Below are positions 24,091-38,574 of a DNA stretch of 64,000 nucleotides, in pieces; the first letter of the stretch is position 1, and each line of letters opens with the position of its first letter. A program made the position numbers and the translations under genes. Origin of the DNA: Gnetum montanum (taxonomy: Eukaryota; Plantae; Gnetophyta); assembly GCA_015680685.1 (NCBI GenBank), contig MNCI01000542.1, positions 33,989-97,988 on the forward strand, written 5' to 3'. Under the pieces are notes generated by a model. That model was not told the origin of the DNA. It ran no database searches and worked only from the letters and a program-made list of their open reading frames with translations.

Positions 24091-25772
24091 TAGTTTAAGT
24101 TATGTACCTTATGTTTGATATGGTCTATGTGGTTTAGCAATCATATGCATATAAAATACCCTAGAAAAATAATGTGTATCCATGTATGTGAGCATAAAAT
24201 TAGTGATTTGTTTATTTATTTATATTTTAATATATAGTCAACCTTTTGGAAAAGATGCTCTTAGATGGATTAGAATCATTAACATAATTTAATTGAGGAG
24301 AAAGTAGTGCACTCATTGATAAGCCTTATTTATGAGTGTAGTTGTGGTCATTCATTATCCACTTCCTCCTACATGTATATGTACTCCATTGCTATTAAAA
24401 TCCAAGAAAAAAGCATCTAATTTCTATCATTTGTATGTGTAATGCTTACCTTAACTATGTTGAAGTCCTTTTCTACCCACTTTCTCTTATTCTCTAAATG
24501 AATTTTTCACATTAGTTGTCTCAATTGTTGACATTTTGGTATGTCAAAACCTTAAGGAAAATGAAGAAAAAAGGATGTTTGTATGGTTGTTGTGTTTGTA
24601 GGAAAAGAACAAGGATAATGACTAAAGGAGAGCACAAAGAATGAAATCTAAAAAAAATCTCAAAGTAAAGACTACAAGGACTCAAGGAAGTATGGATGAG
24701 TATGCAAGTGTCTAAGTGAAGACTAAAAGGACTTAAGGAAGCATGGACGAGTAAAGAATACTTCAAGCTAAAATGAGATGCTTTGGCGATTGAAAGAAAT
24801 TTTTTGAATCAAGAGTTAAAATGCAGAGAAGACATCTTCCAAAAATAGGAGACATCTCTTATCAAGTGAAGACATCTCCTAGACGAAGAAGACATCTTGG
24901 TCAAAATGGAGGACACCTAGAGAAGACATCTTTTAGAGACAGGAGATGTCTCTAAGGAGACATCTCCCTTGTAGAAGAGATGTCTTCCCTAAATTAGAGT
25001 TTGTTGCAGAGAGACATCCCTAATCTTAAAGAAGGCATCTCCACTAGATGTTACATAGTTGTTGCATGAATTCTGAGGTGATTTGGAAAAATTCAAGGCT
25101 AGAATTAACTTCATTCTCTTGGGAATTGTGCAATTTTTTTGAGCAAGCAAGTATCAACATCAAGCAATCATTGTGTACTTTATTATTTTGTATTTGTGTA
25201 CCTTATTAGACCATCATGTGTACTATTGCAATGATTTTATTGCACTGTGCCTCAAAGTACAAGGAACAACAAATTAGTTGCATCCTTTCCTTGTAATTTT
25301 TGTTTTTATTTCTTGTTGTCACATTGGGGTTGATGTGCTTCTTGCAAGAAGGAATCATCATTAAGCTTATTGGGATCCTATGGGATTGAATGTTGGCATA
25401 GAATCACAACACTCTAGAGTAGAGATCAAGTTGTAAAAGTTGTGAGATCCTGGAAACCACATTCTAAGCTTGTTGAGAACTTGTAGGGTTGAGTGAATTC
25501 ATGATGATGAATCACTCTAGAGTAGAGCTTAGAGCTTGTACAAGGTGTGGTATCCTTCGAACCACATTTTGAGAGCAACAAAGTCTTGAGGTATGTAAGT
25601 GATCTACCCTTCAAATGTGGAGTACCCAAGTTGGGGAACCATGTAATTTTGGATGTGTTTTTTGTGATGATTGATTTTTGTTGGGGAAGTTATTCATCCC
25701 TTCCCATCTAGTTTCAATGATCCTCAAGTGGTATCAGAGCCTAGTACTCTTATGCTCTAAATTGTTTCCAAG

Positions 25773-27252
25773 ATGAACACTGGAGGGAAATTTTTACACA
25801 AAGCTACCCATGTTTAATGGATTTGACTTTACCTATTGGAAGTCAAGGATGCATAGATTTTTCAAATTGGAGTTTGAAGCCTGAGAATCCATCCTTAAAG
25901 GGTACACACTATCCATTAACAGCACAATAGAAGTCATCAAGCCCCAAAGCAAATGGAGGTAAGAAGAATAGAAAATAATAGATTACTTCTCTAGAGAAAA
26001 TGATCTTGTTGTGGCCATTAGAGATACTGGTAAATATTTTCCTGAAAAAAATGTTATAATAAAAATGAGTAGGACTTTGCAACTACAATTTAGACCAAAG
26101 GTGACTACGATGGAAGAAATTAGAGATTTCTCAATTTTGAAATGCAAAGAGCTTCAAATTGCTCTTATTGCTTATGAAATAAATATCATAAGTGAAGGGG
26201 CTATTCTAGAAAAACCTATAGTCCTAAAATCATCCTCCATAGAAAAGGAACCTAATGAACCAGATGAAGGTAGTGAAGAAGAAATAGCTCTTCTCTTAAG
26301 AAAGCTACTAAGGATGATGGAAAAAAGAAACAAGAGCTTCAATCATCAAAGAACTAATAAATTCAAAGGTAAGGGAAGAGGTAAAAATTTTTCAAGTTCC
26401 AATTTTGATTCTTCTTCTGTAGAATGTTGGGTTTGTGGTGGAAGAGGCCACGTGGCCTTTGAGTGTCCTAGTAATGATAGGTTGCAAAGGAGGGATAGAA
26501 ATGATCTAGAAACTAAAAATACCAACTTCTACACTAGTTGGGATGAAGGTGAGCAAAGTGAAGAAGAAGTAGATGCCTCTACAAAAAATTCTTAGTTCAT
26601 TTGCATGGCTCTTACATATGATAATTCACTACACATTGTTGATAAACCAAGAGGTAAGTATGACGAAATGTATAGTGAAGTATGAGAAAAAAATTCTTGT
26701 TCTACATTATCTACTTAAGAATGTAAAGAAATTTTTGAATACTAAGCCTGATGCAATTCACACCGAGTTAAAAGGAGAAATCTTAGACATAAAGGTTAAG
26801 ATTCAACAACTAACCCCTTTAAATAATAATTGCATAGGTGTTCAAGAAGAAGAGACATGAAAAAAAACCTATGAATGAAGCTTTAGAAAATGTCTCACAT
26901 GAGGATACAAGCTCAAGCTCAAGCACAACTAGGTTTGATAACCCTAGTATTAAGGAGAATACTTTCTTTGTCTATAAAAATTATGGCAATTAACAAAACT
27001 TTGATCAAAATAAGATTGATGCTTGGTCTTGTCCAAAAGTTCCTAGTAAGGATGTTTTGTAGGAAGCAGTAGTTGGAAATAATAATGATTTGAAAATTGG
27101 AAAACACTTCAAAATGATAAATGATACATATCAAAATTGTTTCCATCATATAGAATATAAATAACATTGGCAGTCAAACAAAATGACTAATGAAAAGGAA
27201 GCAAAAGGTAAGAAGGTACTTCATGATAGAGGACCTCATCTCAAACTTCATT
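25773..27252 (+). pseudogene. Copia/SIRE gag of element A
   Basis: PMFNGFDFTYWKSRM, FRPKVTTMEE and a CCHC knuckle. Has an internal deletion of about 200 bp relative to the homologous gag at 61389. Confidence 0.85.
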
Positions 27253-30200
27253 AGTCTTCTTTCTCTTAATTGTAAGTACTCAATATAAGTTTCTATTTCC
27301 TTGCTTGCTAAATATTGTATTAGTATTTAATTTAGAAATTCTAAATTGTGTTGATATGTGCTTACTTTATTTTAAGATTATGGGATGTTAGCTCTAGATC
27401 AGCCTTATAAGAAAAGATATTTTGGTATTGTTGGAATACTTAATTATGGTATCTTCTATGAACATATGAGCTTGGTACAATTGGTTTTATGGAAGTTTGT
27501 GGAACTTGTAAGGTTTTTATTGAAAAATCATCTTTTGGATTCTTAACTTGCTTTTAAATGGTCTAAAACCATTGCATGAAATGTATGGTCCGAAAGCCTT
27601 GTGTTGAGCTTTCATCATTTATTGTGCTTCCCTATGATATCTCAAGGCTTGTTTCTTCTAGAAAAATTAAGCATTTCAATCAGTATCCTTGATGAAAATT
27701 ATGAATCTTGAATCTTCTAGAGAAACACTTCTAGAGGAATTATTAATAGGAGAGTCTAGTCTCCACTCTTGATCTTAACATTGCTGGGTAAGGATAGCGC
27801 TTTGATGATATAAGATCCTTGATAGTTATAAGTTGATTCAAAAGGACCCAAAGGAAACACTAGTATCTACACATATGCAAGGGATGCTTGTACCTAGTCA
27901 TTGGTTATCATTCAAGAGGCCACTAGTTTAGGGGCAACCTTTTGAGGCTTTTACCACAAGGTACTTAAGAAACAAGACTTCTCACTCACAATTGAAAATG
28001 AGTAAGAATCCATGTAAGGATATGGTACAGTTTCCAGAATAAAAGTATGAGTTAATTTTGGTTAAGATATCTTTTGTATATTTTACCTTGTGATATAATA
28101 TTTCTTGTTGCTATTTAATTTTGACATGGATATATGGACATCCTATTAAAAATATTTTTGGTTATTTTTGAGATATTTAGTAAAGATAAGTTGTGTTGCA
28201 CTGATCTTTCTTGTGAGTACTTGATCCATTTCTAGTATGTTTTAAATCTCTTATCATGGAGTTACTTTGAAGCTTCTTAAGAGTAGATTATTGGATGAAT
28301 ATATTTGTTCCTTAGATAGCCTATATGTATGCTTAAACTTTGGAATTTAGCCTCCTAGTCATTAATTGTAAGGCTTGGCCTAGTTATTTTTATGAACAGA
28401 TAAGGGGTAGCTCTTACTTGGTTTATCATTATCAACCATATTTAATCAATGCTAGGGATGCAATGTGTACCTTTTGATTAATTGTTCATCCTTAGCAAAA
28501 TGTCACTATATATGCTTAAAGTGCTATAGTCTTCATGAATAGTTGGAAATAGCTTTTTGTGTATTTTCTTCTTCTATCTTATTACATCTGGTTCACTCTT
28601 TTTTGATGATGTTCAAAAAGGGGGAGAGTTAATTTGTAGTGATATGGTATTACTGATGTCTCTATTGTGACATGAGTATGATGTTTGTGATTTATTGAAT
28701 ATACTACACTACTAAACTAGTGTTATCAACAATATTGAAAATATATGAATTAATGCTTTCTAGAGACTACTAACTCATTTTCTTAAGTTTTGAACATCAC
28801 GAAAAAATGGGGAGATTGTTGACCTTTTGGTATGTCAAAACCTTAAGGAAAATGAAGAACAAATGATATTTCTGTGGTTGTTGTGTTTGTAGGACAAGAA
28901 CAAGAATAAGGGCTAAAGGAAAGCTCAAATAATGACATCTACAAGAAATCTCAAAGTAAATACTACAAGGACTCAAGGGAGCATGGACAAGTAAAGAAGA
29001 CTTCAAGATAAAATAAGATACTTCGGTGATTGAAAGGAAGCTTTGGAATCAAGAGTTCAAATGCAAAGAAGAAATTTTCCAAAAACAAGAGACATCTCCC
29101 TGATGAAGAAGATGTCTTGGTGAAAATGGAGAACACCCAGAGAAGACATATTCTAGAAATAGGAGACATCTCCTTTCAGGAGAAGAAGTCTCCCTAGAGA
29201 CATCTCCTTAGAGATGTCTCCCTTGTAGAAGAGACATCGCCCATAAATTGGAGTTTGTTGTAGAGAGATATCCCCAATCTCAAAGAAGATGTCTCCACTA
29301 GTTGTTAGATAGGCATTGCATGAATTCCAAGGTGGTTTGAAAAACTTAAAGGCAATAAGTAGACTTTATTCTCTTGGTAATTGTGCAATTTTTTGAGCAA
29401 ACAAGTGTTAACATCAAGAAATCATTGTGTACTTTATTCTTTTGTATTTGTGTACCTCATTGTTGTGGACCTTTTGGTTTTGGTATGCCAAAACATTAAG
29501 AAAAATGAAAAATAGGTTTATTTGTATATATGTATAGTTGTTGTGCTTTTAGAATAAGAACTTGGAGGATCAAGATTGTGGATAAGAAACACTACATTCA
29601 TCATGCAAGAAAAAGTGAAGAAAGATGTCTCTATAGCAAAGGAAAGTGAAGAAAGACTTCTGTGGGAAACAACAAATGTCTTGGCAGATTTGAAGTGAAC
29701 TTCCAAAAAGATGTCTTCAGAAATAGCAAGATGTATTTCTTAGATGAATACATCTTACATGAGACAAAGACATCTTTATAGATTACAAGTCAAGTATAGA
29801 AAGATATCTTTCACAAGATAAAGACATCTTCCAATGTAGAGACTTCATAAAGGCATCTTTTAGGAAATAAGACATCTTTCCAAAATTGAAGGCAAATTTA
29901 AAGAGACATCCTAGGCATGGGAAATACATCTTCCATGATCATTAGTAACTATTAGCTAGCCATTGCATGAGTTTTGAGAAGGATTTAGCAACATTGTAGC
30001 TATAAGAAGACTTGATGTGCATTGGGAAAAGTGCAAGCCTTGTTGTATTCATTGTACAATCATTTGTAATCATTAAATTCTCCATTGCTCTTTGTTGTCT
30101 TATCATTTTAGGATTGTAAAATGTGTTATACCTAATTGTATAAGGAACAACAATTTGAATTGCAACCTTTCCTTGTAATTCTTATTCTTGTTACCCTATG

Positions 30201-30555
30201 GGGTTGAATTCCTTAAGATTGTTAGGATCTAGTGGAATTGAGTTGTTGGTGTTGCAATACAACACTCTAATGCAGAGCTCAAGATTGTAAAGGTTGTGGG
30301 AGCCTTGAAACCACATCTCCAAGCCTGACCAAACCATGTGGGGTTGAGTGATTCATGTTGTTGTACAACACTCTAAATTAGGGCTTGATGACTATATAGG
30401 AAATGGATCCTTCAACCATATTTTGAGAGCAACAAAGTCCAAAGGTGTGCTTGTGATCTACCCTTTGAGTGTGTACTATCCAAGTTTCAGAACCATGTTA
30501 AATTCGGTGTGTGTGCTTTTCTTGTTGAAGTTTTAATTTGAAGAACTCATTCATT

Positions 30556-30620
30556 CCCCCCACAACACCCCCCCCCCCCCCCCCCCACCCCCCCCCCCCC
30601 CCCCCCCCCCCCACACCCCC
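30556..30620. repeat. Interrupted poly-C tract of about 65 bp in the 5' LTR of B
   Basis: Directly visible. The equivalent site in the 3' LTR (44003-44008) has only 6 C. Confidence 0.9.
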
Positions 30621-30740
30621 TGGTCTTCTAAGTTCTAAGATCCACAAGTGGTTTTAGAGCCTGATACTCTTTCTCTCTTTAAGAGTGAACATGAAGGGGA
30701 CACTTAGCATCAAACAGAGCCTAATTGCTACTATCAACTA

Positions 30741-33169
30741 GTGAATTCAATTCATTTGTTATCTTTTTATCAAGTTAAGTATATTATTTTTGTGGTTACA
30801 TTTAGAAAGATAGAAGACTATGCTTGTAGAGTTAACAATTATTGTGATTATCAAAATAATGCTTCTTTTGAAGATAGGTATGAAAATTTTTGCCATAACA
30901 TTATTTCTTTCCAAAATTTCTGCATTGAAATAAAGGATGATTTACATGCCAAGGAAATAAAAATAAAAATTCTTGATGATGAATGCTCTTACCTCAAAAG
31001 GAATAACTCAAACCTTAGGACTGAGATTCAAAAACTAACAAGATTTTTTGAGCAAATGAACAAGAGCTCTTTGGAGAAATCCAAGAATCAAAAATAGCAT
31101 TAATCTAGGTTTGATAAATCTTCTAGATCAAATTATTTGAAATGTTTCTTTTGTGGTAAATATGGTCATGTTCAAGCTTATTTTTATCTTAGAATACATC
31201 ACCACTCTTGGTCTTTGCAAAACTAGCTTAGAGAGAAAACCATGTAGGGTTGGAGAGAGAAAGAACGAAAGATTAAAAAGAATTTGATGGCACAAATTAC
31301 CATCTCCAATGACAATGCTAGCACATGGTATATCAACAATGGATGTTCAAGGCACATGATAGGTGACAAATTCTACTTCAACCACTTCATTAAACAAAAT
31401 TATGGTACAATCACATTTGGAGATGACATGGAAGCCCCCATAACAAGTATTGGTACCATAGGAGGAAAAGGTAAGGGGTTACCCATTGTGAACAAAATAT
31501 TTTTTATTAATGGTTTAAAACATAATCTTCTTAGTGTGAGTCAACTTGGTGAGTTCAATTTTAATACTACCTTTTCAAAAGATAATTGTAGAATACAAGA
31601 TTTATCTACTAGAAATATTGTGTTAGAAGGATCAAGGAAAGGAAATGTGTATACAACTACTTTTGGAAATTCTGCTAACCTTAAATATAAGTTTCTAGCA
31701 TGCTATGTTGATAATACATGTCTTTGGCATAGGAAACTAAACCACATAAATAAGGAAATTATGTAGACCTTGGTATCTAAAGAAATTATTTGTGGTCTCC
31801 CTAAACTTAAAGATTTCAACTTAAATGCATGTGAAGCCTATCGCAAAGGGAAACAAACAAGGGTAAGATTTAGTAAGAAAAATTGTATTTGTACTACTCA
31901 TCCCTTAGATCTACATCATATGGATGTGGTTGGTCCATAACAAACTCTCAACCTAGGAAAGAAAAAAATATTTTTTTACCATTGTTGATGATTATTCTTG
32001 CGTTACTTGGGTTTCTTTTTTGTATCACAAAGATGAGATGTTTGATCATTTTTTGAGAATTAGCAATCAAATCTAGAAAGAAAAAGGATATGGCATTAAT
32101 GTTATCAAAAGTGATAATGGAGGTGAGTTTAGAAATGCAAAATTTGAATAGTTTTATCAACTAAATGGCATTCTACATCAATTCTCTACTGCAAGAACTC
32201 CTCAACAAAATGGTGTAGCTAAATAAAAAATTAGGATCTTGAACAAGATGGAAAGGATGATATTAAATGATCGAAGCCTTCCTCATCATTTTTGGATTGA
32301 ATCCATCAACACTGCCTGTTACGTATCTAACAGAGTTCTAGTAAGAAGGTTTACTTCTAAAACTCCTTATGAATTATGGACTAGCAAAAAAACCTTTAGT
32401 ATATTACTTTCACATTTTTTGTTCTAAATGTTATATCTTAAATGATAAAGACACTTTGAGGAAGTTTGATGTAAAAATTGATGAAGGAATTTTCTTAGGA
32501 TATTCTCTAGTTAGTAGGGCATACAAATTATTTAACAAAAGAATAAATATTTTAGAGAAAACCATAAATGTCAAAATAGATTATTACGATCTTACCAGTC
32601 CTTAACCTGATGATGAAGTCATTCTTGTTCAAAAACTACCAACTTTAGTGCAAGATGATAAAAATTTGGAAACTAGTAGTGACCATGAAGATGAAGTAAA
32701 TGATGATGATCAAGAGATGTCCCCATCTCTACCAAAAATTCACAGACTTTGCAAAACTCTCTCTCTCAACAGTGTTATTGGGGAAGTTCAAGATGGTGTC
32801 CGCACTAGAAATCAAATCAAAGAAATGTGTGCCTTCTCTGCTTATCTCTCTCAACTTGAACTCAAAACCTTTAAGGAATTTAAAAAATAGGAAGGTTGAA
32901 TTTTTGTTATGCAAGATGAACTTATTCAATTTGCTAGAAATGATGTATGGAAGTTAACACCTAGGTCCACTAATAAACCTATTATTGGAACAAAATGGAT
33001 CTTTAGAAACAGGACTAATGACAATGAAAACATCATTAAAAACAAAGCTAGATTGGTTGCCAAAGGACAAAACCAATAGGAGGGAATAGATTTTGATGAA
33101 GCTTTTGCTCCTTTTGCTAAGCTATAATCTATTATACTTCCTATTGCCTATGCTAGTATCAACAACATC
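30741..33169 (+). pseudogene. Element B gag C-terminus, protease, GAG-pre-integrase, integrase and RT N-terminus
   Basis: CFFCGKYGH knuckle; WYINNGCSRHM; GLKHNLLSVSQL; LWHRKLNH; MDVVGP; KSDNGGEF; TPQQNGVA; GIFLGYS; IGTKWIFRN; NKARLVAKG. Confidence 0.9.
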
Positions 33170-34084
33170 TAATGAATCATGGTTTGTTAGGCCCCTATAT
33201 CGGGTACGCGATATCGTGACCTGGATACGATATCGTATATGCAATATCGTGATTCCTATGTTAGCCTATAAATATAGCACTTAGGTGCACAGTGAGATTA
33301 TTATGAAAGGGAGTTAGAAGTTCTTTTCTTTTAGCAATTTAGTTTTTAGTTTCTTTCTTCTAAGATAGTTCTTCCTAGTGCATGCCCATAGTGTGATGTT
33401 TGTAATTGTACAACACATTTGTTCAAGTGTAACGTACTTGGACACATGCATGACCGACAATAAAGATCAAAATTACTCTCCTCATTGCAACATTCACTTA
33501 GATTAATTTTGTTATTTTAATTATTTAATGCCTACTTTGGTTAACAGTTGATTTATTCTTATTTATGCCTTAATTATTTAATGCCTTATTTAGTTAACAG
33601 TAAGCAGAATGTGTACGTCTTAATCATGAGCATTTAAGTGTGAATACTTGGCACACCCAGTAGTAATCCCACAAATTCCAAGACATATATAGATAATTAA
33701 GGATGTATATCATCACCATAGGCTAATCTAGGTTTTTCTTCCATTATTAGTTTAATCAATTTATCTTTTCTATTATTAGAAGTAGCATAGAGTTAGGATA
33801 GAATCATATGCCTCACTTTGGACTAAATCATATGTGACAAAGCTACTACTAGTCCAGGTGGAAAGATAGTGAATTGTGAGCAATGTATAACTATCTAGGT
33901 GCCACAACTAGTTCATCTGAGGAGTTCAACCAGATCACACGTACACGCTCATATTTGTATGGTTGAGTGTAGGAATACCTCACTACTCATCATTGATGCC
34001 ATTTCCAGGGATGGTGATAGTTATCTAGATTAGTTATATTACACAAGATCGCTGTAAAAGGGTATTAATAATATATCTTTTAAG

Positions 34085-36600
34085 ATGTATTCAAACACAC
34101 ACCACAAATCAACAACAATGTATCACGCATGTGGAAACAATTATGAATTGTATAACACACCTATTCATTGGAGAACTAATGAAGTATACAATGAAGAAGA
34201 CTAGAGTGACCCATCTTATGAAGGGATTTTTCATGACCATGGCCACCCTAACGACACTTCAAGACTACATTCACCTAGGGTAAACAATCTTGAAGAAGAT
34301 GACATCAATCCTAAACTAGGGGAGGCCTCAAGGCCTAAGACCTCCTCAGTACTTAGAAATGATAAACTAAAGGACCTTGAGGAACATTATAGAAGCCATG
34401 GCTATCCTACCAGTTCCTCCTTTTCATCTTCCCCCTTAACTTCAACGTCTAGTTCTAACAAAGATGAACGTAGGTATAGAGATAGAGCTCCACAAAAGGG
34501 TCGAAATAAAAGCAAAAATAGAACCCTCAGACATACTTAAAGTCATCAACATGAACACAAGCCCCATCATTACCATCAATCAAATAGAGATTTTAATCAC
34601 AATTGTTTGATGATGATAAACCCTTGTTAGTTCCTAAAAGCCTAATGCATATCACAAAGGCCATTAAGAGATCTCACAAACATCACAAGAAGAGTCAACT
34701 ACCTAAGGACACCTGAAAGAATATTCCAAAATTTGTAGGAGGCTATGATCCAGATCTGCAACATCATTTACAAGCCTTCCATGATGCTTGTGTGCTCAAC
34801 AATTGGACAATAAATGGCAAAAGCTTAAGCTCTTTTCTAGGACACTAATCGATAAAGCCGAAGTGTGGTATAGATCAAATTCAATCAAATCATGGTCAAA
34901 CATGTTGGAACTTTTCACGAAAAGATACTAGACCTATGCGCAAGTGTTTTCTTAAGGAGAAAAATCCATAGATGGAAATAAGAATAATAGAAACCCTTGG
35001 ACATGGCCTTAGATAGATACTATGCCTTACTAAATAAATGTCCAGGTCATAGGTTCTTTGAGAAAGAGAAAATACTCCACATTATAGATGGGCTTAGCAA
35101 TGAAACAAGGGTGAACCTTGGAAAGTATGCCCAAGGACAACTATATAACCCCCAAGGCCACCAGGTCAAAGAACTAATAGAGCATCTAGCAAAAGAAGAG
35201 ATAGAATTATCTAAATGGGAGAATACCAAAGCATTTGAGTGGGACCCAACTCTAGAAACAACAAGGGTACAAAACTACAGTGAAGAGGAAACACCTAATT
35301 CTGAAAGGGTGATACAATCCCAACCTTTGCCAATACAGAAATCAATAGATCAAATTGAGGCAAAGCATAACAAGATAACCATATGGGCAAATGAACAAAG
35401 TATGAACTTAGAAGACACTACTAGGGAGAGGGTTATCCTAAATAAACCTAGCAATCACAATAGATAGAGGGCATAGAAATCAAAAATAGTTAAGAACACT
35501 ATTTGACAACTAAGGAGAATGGTTAAGGGTAATGAGGCCAAAGGCTCAACTACAAATAATGAGGATGAATGTGATGTTTGTTTATATAACCATCCAAAGG
35601 GCCATTGCCCAATCTTGTCACATCTATATGAGCAATGGGCAGGGAAGTTGCACCTAAAATTCATACAAAGATATCGGTTTAGGCACATCCCTACTCCACA
35701 AAGTAATTATGGAAAACCCCATAACCCATTGTACTATCTAGAGGGGAGCTATTACCAGCCTCAACACTTTGCTCCCCCATAGTGGAAAAACTCACAAGCA
35801 TGGAGAAGATCACCATCTAGCCAGCCACATCCTCCCTATCCACCAAATCCAAATGCCTACTATGTTCAACATCCTATTTCTCCAACCAGTTCTGAATCCT
35901 CTACCTCCAATCAATGTTATCACTCTTCTGAGTACCATCAATCCATGTCTTATCCTGAGGGATCACCACCTCATACTTATCACACTTCTCCTCACCCTCA
36001 GTATTCTCATCCTTCACCTCCTTCTACATTGCCATTAGATGTATCGGACAAGTCTGCACCACCATGCCAACCAACAAATGTAACTTGTGTGGCTACTATT
36101 AATGAAACTAGGTTTCCTCTATAATGTTGGAAGCATCTCTTCTTTAGGCATGACCATAAGAAGAAGAATCATACTTCTGAACCTACTTCACCTCCTAAAA
36201 CAACCCAAGAAAAACCTAGTGCCACATCTTCCTTAGCTTCATCAATAACCCCTGTCACTATATCCAAGCCCTCACCTCACACTCCAACATCCACATAAAC
36301 CAGTGAATTCACCAATGTGAAGGGACACACAGATCCATGCATACTACCATATAGTCAAGGGTGTCATAGTGGGCTAGATTTCCCTCATAATGTACACACA
36401 CCATCTAGCTTGCCCCACTATGCTTTCTATAATCAAGTGTGTGACCAACGATTTCTCTACCCAGCCACCATAACACCAATAGACACCTAGTGGCTGGGGC
36501 ATGATGGGCCCCTAACATGTCATACATTCATGGATCCTATTCATTCACATATTAATCCTAGCCACAACCAAATGTTTAGTTGTGGGGGTTATCCCTCATT
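34085..36600 (+). pseudogene. Element C gag (Athila-type)
   Basis: NIPKFVGGYDPDLQHHLQAFHDAC; KLKLFSRTL; RYYALLNKCPGH; CDVCLYNHPKGHC knuckle; Pro-rich tail. Homologous to family F gag. Boundaries approximate. Confidence 0.85.
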
Positions 36601-38574
36601 CTAATTTCTAGGACTCTTAAGTGTTATTTTATCTTTTTTCTTTACAATTTTTTGTCATTTCTCTATTTCTTTTACTTTTTTAATTGTTGTTTTCAATTTT
36701 TTGTTATAATCTTGACCATGGATAAGTTGATTATGTTGCCCATTAGGTGAGGTTTTTCTTTATGTTGCCTAGTCATAAGGGACTGATTATTTGGACATTA
36801 AGACCATGACATCCATCCACCTATTCCATTAATAAGAGGTTCATTCTCTAGTCACCATGGTAATCTTTTTCATCATCTAACTATAAATAATTCTATAATC
36901 ATTGTGTTTGGAGAGACAAGTGAAGGATCAAGGTGGAATGACAAGGGTGTGACATCAAGGGGATTCATAGATTCTCTATGGCTACTTTCATATGTTCTAT
37001 CACGTTGCCAAAGTTGTAACTATAGCCTTATAGATCTAATGAAAAATGAAAGTAAGAGCAATCCAAATGGCACTAAATAAGCTTCTGTGGGTCCCATTGG
37101 AAAGACATGTACCCATGCCTAAAGGTAGATGACTTCATAGAGCCAAACATGAAATGAAAAAAAAAGGAGAAAAAAAGAGAAAAGAGAGGAAATAGAAGAA
37201 AGAAATAGAGTCAACCATTATGACATTCCTCTCTTGCTCCTCCCTTGAACAAAATGCCAAGTGATGTTACTCCTTACAACTTTGGTAGGCTTATGGTTGT
37301 TTGTCGATGGGATGAAGTAATGCGGTGTCACTGCAATGTGGTATGGACTTGGTTTAGAACTTGGAAAGCTAGATATAAGGTTATTTAACCACTAATTACA
37401 CACAAGATTCCATTATGACCATCATTAGAAACCTCATGTCCCTATTTCGATGAGCCCTTCTATCGTCCATCCCATCTCATTATCCAAGTGTTTATAACTT
37501 ATGGTTGGTGTAATCTAGCATTATTATCTCAACTCAATGGTTTTAACTTGTGTGTTTTGTTCATAGGTATAAGTTTCATTCAACTTCTCTAGTGCCTATG
37601 GACATTAGAGGTGTGGTTCCATAAGGGCATCACAGGCTAGAGCCTCCTTTGGGGAGGACCTACTTGTGTAACTTTTGTAACTTATCCCTATTGCACATGA
37701 TGCATTATTTTACATCCTCTGACTACTTACCTAAGTGAACTATCCTTTTCCTTATCATTTTAATCAATCATTCCTCAACAATTACTATACACCCTTCGTT
37801 CTAGCCCCTTTTCACAAATTTTCATATATGATCCCACCATGACATACTTATAGTGCCTCAAAATTAATTTTCTAAATACCCCAAAGCTTTCAATTTAGTT
37901 TCCAATCCTTCATTACACATCAAAAATTTATTATTTTCACTCAATCCTTGCATTCAATGCATTTTGGTGGGGATGTGATATTGCATATCATGTACACAAT
38001 ATCACATCCAATGCAATACTAGGTACCCGATATCAGGTATGTGATATCATGTCTCCCCTACCTATATATACTAATGACCCTACCTACTTCAAGTTCACTT
38101 CTTTCATTTGACACTAGGGGAATTGTTGAAATTTTCCTCTACAACTTAGAGCTTTACATCTCCATCTTCCTAGCGTAATATCTTGCTCCCTAACATTCTG
38201 ATTTTAATTTTGTTTGATCCTAGTTGAACCTGGAGTGTTCCACTTAGTCATGGGGGAGTACTATAGTGGGCAGTGTGCATACTTTTTTCAAAATTTTCCA
38301 TCATCCAAAGGATATCATAGGGGTAAGAAATTCAATGTTTACCAAAGAAACGTCTATGTTTAAATGCCAAGCTAATTTTTATCAATCACCCAAGCCTCCT
38401 AAATGATTATAAGGTCAATAATAACACCTTTTAGAGCCACTTCTCAAAAATACTTCTAACTCTAAAAATCACACCACACAATTCTGTACTATTAATTAAG
38501 GCAATGAGTAATGTATGCATTGATAAAAATTTCTCTACACAACCTTAGTAACAATGCTTTTTGTGTGATTACCG

